Shown here: positions 57,067 to 64,000 of the stretch, piece by piece | Position numbering within the stretch: position 1 is the first letter of the stretch | Layout: each line of letters starts with the position of its first letter | Virus record (IMG/VR): IMGVR_UViG_3300031369_000001 | Coordinates: 38,615 to 102,614 of that record | From: a virus | Direction: 5' to 3' (one strand) | DNA: 64,000 nt | Program-made: the position numbers and the translations under genes | Notes under the pieces: generated by a model | What the model saw: only the letters and a program-made list of their open reading frames with translations | Database searches by the model: none | What the model was told of the DNA's origin: nothing

Positions 57067-58474
57067 ATCTCCTATTTCATTTGGATCAAATGCTAATATA
57101 GTAACTTTTCCATTTGGAGTAGATTATCAAAAAAGCCTTTTATTGGTAATCACCCAAGACTATAGCTTTGCTTCAGTTGTAATTCCACATTTAAAGGTAG
57201 AATATTTTGAGAATGAAGTATTGATGTGGGCTTATAATTACATCCTTGAATACCGAAATAAGTATAATGCTATTCCTAATTTGAGAATACTATTAGAAGA
57301 GACAAAAAATATTCAAGGAATTAGCAGAGAATTATATAGGATAACTTTAGAGGGAGTTCAAGAAGCAGATGTTTCCTCAATTGAATGGTTAAAAGATCAA
57401 ACATTAGAATTTATTAAAAGGAATATATTTCATAGGGCTTTTCAGGAAAGTGTTGAGCTTTGGAATACTAGTAAAATGAATGAGGTTTACGACCATATGT
57501 CTAAAGCCATGGATAGTATTTCCAAAACTAGTTGGGAGACAGAAGATAGACAATGGTTCTTTGAAAGTTTTCAACAACGAACTATGGAGCGTTTGTCATT
57601 TGATCCATTAATGGATTCTACTTCTACGGGTATAGTACTGCTTGATAAAGTGTTAGATGGAGGTTTGAGTTTAGGTGAAGTAGGTTTATGGATTGGTTAT
57701 TCTAAACGTGGAAAAACCACTTTATTAGTGAATCATGGAGTGCAAGCTGTTCGTAGGTCTTTAAAAAATGTATTACATATCCCTTTGGAAGGTTCTGGGT
57801 CATTAGTTGCTAATCGATATGATGCTATTTTTGCAAATGAAAATTATGGACTAGTTAAACGTGGACAGTTCAATGCTGATGTGTATAAAGCGCTTTGTTC
57901 AGAGTATCAGATGCTACAAAAGCGTTTAGTAATTAGATCATTTACTGAACGATGGGATTATAACATAGAAGATATTCATAGAGAAATAAATGATTTAAAA
58001 AGATTATATAATTGGATTCCTTCCTTAGTGATTATTGACTATGGCGATTTATTAAGTGCCAGAGGTAAATTTAACTCAGAGGAATCCAAACAACGAGCAG
58101 CATATCAGGACATAAAATCTTTAGCAAATAGGGGCTATTCTATTTGGACAGCTTCTCAACCGCAAAGACCTAAAGGAGACATTGAAACAGATGCTGGTTT
58201 ATTGAGTTTTAAGAATATAGCAGACTGTCAAGCAAAGGTTCAAAAAGTAGATTTTATCGGCAGTATTAATCAAACTAAAGAAGAAAGAGATGCGAAGCAA
58301 GCTCGCTTATATGCAGAATTATATAGAGATAACGAGGCAGGAATAGTTATTCCTGTATACGCTGATTTCCATACAATGACTATACGAGACCTTAGAGGAA
58401 AGCCACTTAATACTGAAAAAGTAGTCACTAATTACCAACATGGCATACAACAGGTGAGGGCGCCTATACAATGA
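57059..58474 (+). CDS. DnaB-like replicative helicase
   Basis: STGI..LD..LDGGL, GYSKRGKTT, IIDYGDLL, WTASQ. Confidence 0.92.
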   Translation: MNRSPISFGSNANIVTFPFGVDYQKSLLLVITQDYSFASVVIPHLKVEYFENEVLMWAYNYILEYRNKYNAIPNLRILLEETKNIQGISRELYRITLEGVQEADVSSIEWLKDQTLEFIKRNIFHRAFQESVELWNTSKMNEVYDHMSKAMDSISKTSWETEDRQWFFESFQQRTMERLSFDPLMDSTSTGIVLLDKVLDGGLSLGEVGLWIGYSKRGKTTLLVNHGVQAVRRSLKNVLHIPLEGSGSLVANRYDAIFANENYGLVKRGQFNADVYKALCSEYQMLQKRLVIRSFTERWDYNIEDIHREINDLKRLYNWIPSLVIIDYGDLLSARGKFNSEESKQRAAYQDIKSLANRGYSIWTASQPQRPKGDIETDAGLLSFKNIADCQAKVQKVDFIGSINQTKEERDAKQARLYAELYRDNEAGIVIPVYADFHTMTIRDLRGKPLNTEKVVTNYQHGIQQVRAPIQ

Positions 58475-58511
58475 TTAGTATTCCCATTTATGAGATGACT
58501 AGGAAAGATAT

Positions 58512-59483
58512 TTGTTTAATTTAGAAAAATACCTTATGCGTTTTAATCCTGTATCTTGTAAAACAGATGAATGGGTACTTAATTGTCCTATTTGCCATAG
58601 AGATAAATTAGTAGTGAATATTTCAAAAAAGCTTTGGCATTGTTGGGTATGCCAAGAGTATAAAAGAAATGAATTTGGTAAACGTGTACCTATTAAAGGT
58701 GCTGGTAATATAGTTCAATTAGTAATGCTTTTAGATAGAGTTACTTACCAAATAGCTCAACAATTTGTTAAAGAAAATATCGGAATTACTTCAAAAGGCT
58801 TTACCTACACTGATTTGGAGGAAGGTATTGTTAAGGAAAAAGAAATACCCTTTCCTCCTTTTTCTAAAAGTATTACCGGCATATTGCCTTATTGCTATAA
58901 AAGGGGTATAACTTTAGAAGATGTTTATTATTTTGGATTATTTTATTGTGATGGAGGGCGGTATAGAAATAGACTTATGTTTCCAGTTTATGAGGAAGGA
59001 AAGTTAATTTTTTATCAAGGACGTGCTATGTGGGATTCACAACCTGGAGAAATATATTTAAAATCTCTTAATCCTCCAAAAGATTCTGGGGTTGCTGGAA
59101 CAGAAGATGTTTTATTTAATTTGGAAAATGCTAGTCGTTGGGACAGAGTAGTAATTACAGAAGGCCCTATTGATGCAATTCATACAGGGTACGACGCAGT
59201 TTGCACTTTCGGAAAACATATCACTGAAAAACAAATATTAAAACTTTGCCAACATAATGTTCGTAATATTGATTTAATGTGGGATGGTCCTTCTGAAAAA
59301 GAGCCTTTTGGCGCTATAAAAGAAATGTTTGAAGTACTTCCTTTATTGAGTGGTATATTCAATACAAGGGTAGTTTTTCTTCCCCAAGGAGATCCAGGCG
59401 ATTATTCTAGAAATGATTTAAACATAATACGAACAAATTATTCTAGATTGGCTAATAATATCTCTACGTTAGGAGTATTGTAA
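58512..59483 (+). CDS. DNA primase (Zn finger + TOPRIM)
   Basis: CPIC...HCWVC, RLMFP, ITEGPIDA, MWDG, DPGD. Confidence 0.92.
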   Translation: MFNLEKYLMRFNPVSCKTDEWVLNCPICHRDKLVVNISKKLWHCWVCQEYKRNEFGKRVPIKGAGNIVQLVMLLDRVTYQIAQQFVKENIGITSKGFTYTDLEEGIVKEKEIPFPPFSKSITGILPYCYKRGITLEDVYYFGLFYCDGGRYRNRLMFPVYEEGKLIFYQGRAMWDSQPGEIYLKSLNPPKDSGVAGTEDVLFNLENASRWDRVVITEGPIDAIHTGYDAVCTFGKHITEKQILKLCQHNVRNIDLMWDGPSEKEPFGAIKEMFEVLPLLSGIFNTRVVFLPQGDPGDYSRNDLNIIRTNYSRLANNISTLGVL

Positions 59484-59701
59484 TGGATAATAGGGTAAAA
59501 ACTGATATTAGATTAACGCAAGTTGTTTTAGATGAGATTAACCAAGTCGTTGATCGACTTGGTATATCCAAAAATGCGTTTTATGCGATATCTATTGCAA
59601 TGGGGTTAGGTGCTGCAAAAACTTTTCTTATGGGGGAAAAGTCGTCATGGTATAAAATTTCTTTTGATATTTTTCAAAAATTACTAAAGCACATTGTTTA
59701 A
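59483..59701 (+). CDS. Ribbon-helix-helix DNA-binding protein
   Basis: KTDIRL...LDEINQVVDRLGISKNAF. Confidence 0.6.
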   Translation: MDNRVKTDIRLTQVVLDEINQVVDRLGISKNAFYAISIAMGLGAAKTFLMGEKSSWYKISFDIFQKLLKHIV

Positions 59702-59809
59702 GTATCTGATTTTATTATATAAAAAATGTACATCAAAATATGACATTTTTGTAGTAAAACTCCTGTAAAGTTTTTATTTTTATTTTACTCTATAATAGAG
59801 GTGTTTTAG

Positions 59810-60241
59810 TTGGACATGCAGATTATAGAATCAGTAGTACGTCATACATTTTTTGTGCCACAAAATAGTGTGGATAGGTTTGGATATTCTTTAGAGGACT
59901 ATAAATCTATATTATGTATTAAATATTTAGAAACTATAAAAGATAATGTTTTATTACAAAATAAGCGTTCTTATTTATTTCAGGTCGCTAAAAATATTAA
60001 AATTGATTTACTTAGAAAGTATAAATTAAACTATATTTTAGCTAGTAATGAAAGTATTACATACGATGAATACATAGAAGCTATTGAGGCAATACACATT
60101 TTGCAAGAAAAATTGACACAATATGAATATTACTTGTTGCTAAAATGGGTGTTTAAGTCTTATAACTATTTAGAACTTGAATCGGGCTTTTATTACAAAG
60201 TCCAAAACGTTTTGAAAAAAGCAAAAGGAGTTTTAAAATGA
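59810..60241 (+). CDS. Small ECF-sigma-like protein
   Basis: SYLFQVAKNIKIDLLRK resembles region 2; TATAAT and GAGGTG upstream of TTG. Confidence 0.55.
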   Translation: MDMQIIESVVRHTFFVPQNSVDRFGYSLEDYKSILCIKYLETIKDNVLLQNKRSYLFQVAKNIKIDLLRKYKLNYILASNESITYDEYIEAIEAIHILQEKLTQYEYYLLLKWVFKSYNYLELESGFYYKVQNVLKKAKGVLK

Positions 60242-61149
60242 CAGTAGATCAAATGCAACTTTCTGAATGTTATACTAAAGGCTGGGCTGCTAATGTCGAT
60301 CCAGTTTGCAAAGAGTGTTCAGCTGCTACTAAGTGCAAAGACGGTTTATTGCATGGGGTTTTTCATGAAGTAGTATCGATGAATCCTGGTATTACCAATG
60401 ACCAGCTTTCACAGGCGTTGACTATTCCTGTAGAATCTATTCATGTGCTAAAACAAGAATACGATGAGTTTATGGGGGGAGCCGCGCCTACTCCTCCTAC
60501 TCCTCCTGTTCAAATGCCTACTCCTCCTGTTCCTCCTCAAGTACCCCAAATGCCTACTCCTCCTACTCAAATGCCTACTCCTCCTGTTCAAATGCCTACT
60601 CCTCCTACTCAAGTACCGCAGCAGTCATCTGATCCTTGTAAAAAGCGAAAGGGAAAGCGACCAAAAGATTTGATGGATTGTCCTTATTGCAATAATGGAT
60701 TTGGTCCAGACGGAAATCCTTGCGCCGTATGCGGAGGTTACGGCAATATCTCGGCGAAAAAACTTCAGGCATACCAACAAAGTCAATCACCGTCGGTGGC
60801 AACGGGAACGCCAGAACAGGTTAATACGCAACCTATTGCCAGGAATGGTATTACTGCGGGAATGGCAGGGGGAAATACATCGAGTGGTAGTATGCCAGGG
60901 GTATTACCGTTACAAAGGACATCGGTATCCAACGTTGTACAGCCTAGTGCAACAAATAGTGGGCCAGCGAATCCGCCCCAAGCAACGTCGTCAGGGCAAA
61001 CGTCCAAAAGGGGCAAAGCCGTGTCCGGATTGGAGCGGACCTCGATTTTTTCGGTTGAAGCAATTCTTCCTTTGACCACTGGCGAAGTCATTTCTTCTGA
61101 GTTCAGTAATGCGCTTGGAACTGTTACCGTAACTATGCGGCTCAAATAG
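60238..61149 (+). CDS. Zn-finger/Pro-rich protein (303 aa)
   Basis: C..CKEC...C, Pro-rich repeats, DnaJ-type CPYCNNG...CAVCGGYG. Confidence 0.7.
   Translation: MTVDQMQLSECYTKGWAANVDPVCKECSAATKCKDGLLHGVFHEVVSMNPGITNDQLSQALTIPVESIHVLKQEYDEFMGGAAPTPPTPPVQMPTPPVPPQVPQMPTPPTQMPTPPVQMPTPPTQVPQQSSDPCKKRKGKRPKDLMDCPYCNNGFGPDGNPCAVCGGYGNISAKKLQAYQQSQSPSVATGTPEQVNTQPIARNGITAGMAGGNTSSGSMPGVLPLQRTSVSNVVQPSATNSGPANPPQATSSGQTSKRGKAVSGLERTSIFSVEAILPLTTGEVISSEFSNALGTVTVTMRLK
60484..60620 (+). repeat. Pro-rich coding repeats (QMPTPP[VT])
   Basis: caaatgcctactcctcct units. Confidence 0.9.
60695..61075 (+). CDS. DUF2924-like protein overprinted in the +1 frame
   Basis: PGMVLLREWQGEIHRVVV....YRYKGHRYPTL......I.G...WSGPRFF.L matches the DUF2924 signature as recalled. 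Confidence 0.75.
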   Translation: MDLVQTEILAPYAEVTAISRRKNFRHTNKVNHRRWQRERQNRLIRNLLPGMVLLREWQGEIHRVVVCQGYYRYKGHRYPTLYSLVQQIVGQRIRPKQRRQGKRPKGAKPCPDWSGPRFFRLKQFFL

Positions 61150-61164
61150 TTTTTATTCTAGTGA

Positions 61165-63135
61165 ATGGTTTTTCAGTACACGCCTACGGAATTTTTAAAC
61201 CTTCCTCCTTTTCAAGGCAATAAGGAGATAGTTCGAAATTATGACTCATTTGAAAGAATGGTTCATTTTTTAGAGCTATCTCCTTTTATTACCTTCGATA
61301 CCGAAACTTCTGGAACTGCCTGGTATAGGCATGCTTCTATTTGTGGTGTTTCTTTTTCAGGAATTTTAGATAATGCTTTTAAATGTTTCTATATTCCTTT
61401 TAGACATAAAACTGGGGAAACTCAATTATCGTTTAGTAGGTGTGCAAGTGGTTTAAAAAAATTATTAGAGAATGATCGTTTAAAAATTGCACATAATTTT
61501 AAGTTTGACGAACATATGTTTCGTAAAGAAGGTATTAGTATCAATGGACCTCGATACGATACAATGATTGCGGCACATATTTATAATGAAAATGTATCTG
61601 CTGCTTTAAAGAATAGAGCGGTTTTAGATTTAAATATAAAAGATGCTCAATTATATGAGCAAGCAGTTGATATTAAGTTAAAAGAATTAGCTAAGCTTAA
61701 TAATATGAAGATAACTGAATATAAATACCAATTTGGTTATTCTCATTTGCCAATTGATCTTTGTGGAATTTATGCTTGTTACGACGTTGATTTTACTACT
61801 CAGCTTTATTGGTTTTACGAAAGGAATCATATATCAACTGATTACTCTAGGGTATTTAATACTGAAATGGATTTATTAGGTGTGCTTTGCGATATGGAAG
61901 AAAATGGCATGCCTATAGATACGGATTACCTTTTTGATTTAAAGAGTAAACTACAAATAGTTAAGTCCCAAGTAGAAGAAAATTTATTCCATAATATGCG
62001 AATACGTAATTTTAATATAGCTTCTGATGATGAATTACGTAATTTTTTATTGAATGATTTATCTTTACCTTTAACTAAACAAACAAAAAAATTTCAATTA
62101 TCAGTGGATAGTGACGTTTTAAAAACATTTTCAAGTTACCATTCTGCTTTATCCCTTATATCTAAATGGAAAGAAGCTGATAAATTAGCCAATACATATA
62201 CTGACTCCATTGTCCGTTGTATGGATTCTAAAAATCTAGTGCATTGCGATTTTCAACAAATAGGAACAATTGCATCTAGATTGAGTTGTAGAAATCCTAA
62301 TTTACAAAATCAACCTACCGATGACGATGACAGAGCAATTGAATACAGTGGTGTTGACTTAGAGCATAATGGAATAGATCCTTGGTCTATTAGAAGGGCT
62401 TATATAGTAAGAGATAAGTCTTGGCCTCGTATATATTGGGATTATTCACAAATAGAATTGCGTATATTAGCGTACTATTCACAAGATCCAGTAATGGTGC
62501 AAGCTTATCTAAATGGTGAAGATATTCATTCTAGGACTTCTTTAGAAGTATTTGGGAATAAGGATAAGGCTTTTCGTAGATTAGCTAAAGTAATTAATTT
62601 TGGTTTATCTTATGGAATGACTGAATATCATTTTGCAGCCGCAGCAAATATCACAGTTGAGGAAGCTCGAGAATTTCTTAATAAATTTTTTGAAAGATAT
62701 CATGGTGTCAAATTATTTAGAGAGAATCTTTGGGAATACATTCGAAACAATGGTGGTTATTTTACTAATATATTTGGGAGACCGAGAAGAATTCCTAATA
62801 TTAATAGTTATAATATAAAAGACCGAAGTAGGGCTGAACGGCAATCTATTGCTACGCATATCCAAGGTAGTGCGGGAGAATTAACAAAAGAATCTCTTGT
62901 TCGCATCCATAAAGCAATTATGTCTGAAGGATTACAAGGTTTAGTTTTTCCAGTCTGTACAATTCATGATGAAGTACAATATGATTGTTGTGTAGATGTG
63001 TTGCCTAAATTTTGTAAAATAGTTAAAACAGTAATGGAAGACTATGAAGAATTTAAACCTATTCCTATAATAGTTGACTCTGAATATACGTTAACTAATT
63101 GGTCTGAAAAACGTGGATTGAAATTAGCTGCATGA
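61165..63135 (+). CDS. DNA polymerase family A with 3'-5' exonuclease
   Basis: FDTETSG, HNFKFD, YACYD; DYSQIELR, RRLAKVINFGLSYG, IHDEV. Confidence 0.96.
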   Translation: MVFQYTPTEFLNLPPFQGNKEIVRNYDSFERMVHFLELSPFITFDTETSGTAWYRHASICGVSFSGILDNAFKCFYIPFRHKTGETQLSFSRCASGLKKLLENDRLKIAHNFKFDEHMFRKEGISINGPRYDTMIAAHIYNENVSAALKNRAVLDLNIKDAQLYEQAVDIKLKELAKLNNMKITEYKYQFGYSHLPIDLCGIYACYDVDFTTQLYWFYERNHISTDYSRVFNTEMDLLGVLCDMEENGMPIDTDYLFDLKSKLQIVKSQVEENLFHNMRIRNFNIASDDELRNFLLNDLSLPLTKQTKKFQLSVDSDVLKTFSSYHSALSLISKWKEADKLANTYTDSIVRCMDSKNLVHCDFQQIGTIASRLSCRNPNLQNQPTDDDDRAIEYSGVDLEHNGIDPWSIRRAYIVRDKSWPRIYWDYSQIELRILAYYSQDPVMVQAYLNGEDIHSRTSLEVFGNKDKAFRRLAKVINFGLSYGMTEYHFAAAANITVEEAREFLNKFFERYHGVKLFRENLWEYIRNNGGYFTNIFGRPRRIPNINSYNIKDRSRAERQSIATHIQGSAGELTKESLVRIHKAIMSEGLQGLVFPVCTIHDEVQYDCCVDVLPKFCKIVKTVMEDYEEFKPIPIIVDSEYTLTNWSEKRGLKLAA

Positions 63136-63147
63136 AAGGAATAAATA

Positions 63148-63639
63148 ATGTCTATGTATAATGTCCTTGTTCAACGTTTACAAAATATATCTAATTTTAA
63201 TATACACACTATTAATTTAGATGGATCTACTTCTCCATGGTGGGAAGTAACTGGTGCACATATTATTAAAGAAGTTTTTATAGATGAAAGTAATTTACAA
63301 GAAGAAGTTCAGACAATATCTGCAAAAATTGGGCATTGGGGGAGGTACTGTGCGCAATGTAAAAGAGTATGGGATATAAAGGCACGAGAATACCGTATAT
63401 GGAAAGCACAACAATATTTAAAGTATAGAAATACTGGGGAAAAGCATACGGAAAAAGAAATAGATTCACTTATTCGAGTAGATCCTTTTTATTCTAATTA
63501 TTACTTAGAGGTAGAAAGAGCCGAAGAAGTATATAATACAGTATCATATATTGTGCAAGCATTGTTATCTAAAAAAGAAATAATTAAGTCTATGGTTTAT
63601 AGACGTAATACAGAAGATGGTGCGCCTTTATCCATCTAA
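63148..63639 (+). CDS. UvsY-like recombination mediator
   Basis: Helical, TEKEIDSLIRVDP.Y motif; position between polymerase and putative SSB. Confidence 0.6.
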   Translation: MSMYNVLVQRLQNISNFNIHTINLDGSTSPWWEVTGAHIIKEVFIDESNLQEEVQTISAKIGHWGRYCAQCKRVWDIKAREYRIWKAQQYLKYRNTGEKHTEKEIDSLIRVDPFYSNYYLEVERAEEVYNTVSYIVQALLSKKEIIKSMVYRRNTEDGAPLSI

Positions 63640-63648
63640 GGAGAAAAA

Positions 63649-64000
63649 ATGAGTAATTCATCAAACACAAATATGCCTCCTCAATATTATCCTGTACAGG
63701 GCCAACCTCAATATCCTAATAATCAACCTCAATATCCTAATAATCAACCTCAATATCCTAATAATCAACCTCAATATCCTAATAATCAACCTCAATATCC
63801 TAATAATGCATATCAGCCGCAACAAGGATTTCCACAACAAGGATATCCTATTCAATCACCATATCCTATGCAAGGACAAATGCCTGTTTATAATATGCCT
63901 GATGCTAATCAAATGATGAGTGCATATCAAGAGCATAAAATGTCTATGGGACGCGGTGGATCTCAATATACTTTTGTTAAATTTTTAGGCCCAAATAATG
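63649..64000 (+). CDS. Probable ssDNA-binding protein, N-terminal low-complexity part (3' truncated; not in ORF track)
   Basis: AAGGAG RBS, ATG 63649, open to the window end; SSB call is from gene context only. Confidence 0.55.
   Translation, partial: MSNSSNTNMPPQYYPVQGQPQYPNNQPQYPNNQPQYPNNQPQYPNNQPQYPNNAYQPQQGFPQQGYPIQSPYPMQGQMPVYNMPDANQMMSAYQEHKMSMGRGGSQYTFVKFLGPNN
63703..63807 (+). repeat. 21-nt perfect tandem repeat x5 encoding QPQYPNN
   Basis: caacctcaatatcctaataat x5. Confidence 0.97.

Noticed and set aside
60783-61145. Antisense 120-aa ORF as a third overlapping gene
   Set aside because: Codon-aligned shadow of the 0 frame in GC-richer DNA; no recognisable motif or RBS
61165-63135. 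Intein or intron in polymerase or helicases
   Set aside because: Sizes are compact and motifs contiguous; no splice or intein signatures
63703-63807. Tandem repeats (also 11221-11303 and 60484-60620) as CRISPR arrays
   Set aside because: No spacers; units are multiples of 3 inside ORFs; no cas genes
1-64000. Stop-codon reassignment
   Set aside because: Long intact ORFs under the standard code, with TAA, TAG and TGA all used as coupled gene ends

Overview
This is an AT-rich, standard-code segment of a large contractile-tailed (myovirus) phage genome. Its morphogenesis order resembles SPO1/Twort/A511-type phages: portal C-terminus, two giant multidomain head-cargo genes, an inserted early/regulatory block, prohead protease, scaffold, major capsid, neck, sheath, tube, chaperone, tape measure, baseplate and fibres. 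These are followed by tRNA-Leu(UAA) and a replication block (SF2 helicase, DnaB-like helicase, primase, family A polymerase, UvsY-like protein, probable SSB). The main candidate new system is two polyproteins: 1602 aa (HAD phosphatase, SNF2 helicase, AT-hooks, topoisomerase IB) and 1184 aa (MuF, pyrophosphatase-like, zincin, ADP-ribosyltransferase). Their domains are punctuated by [LIF]xK[SA] sites like the one in the capsid propeptide and scaffold. Four sites are followed by the same ~20-aa tag, FIGP[RK]GGKWAxxEHTIP[WY], encoded by two pairs of identical or near-identical DNA repeats. This suggests protease-released, tagged, shuffleable enzymes packaged in the head. Other highlights: back-to-back sigma54 (-24/-12) promoters, a DUF2924-like gene overprinted in the +1 frame of another gene, a multi-hairpin putative ncRNA upstream of the tRNA, and a GT25 glycosyltransferase inside the tail module. 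All family calls come from motifs recognised by eye, not from database searches.
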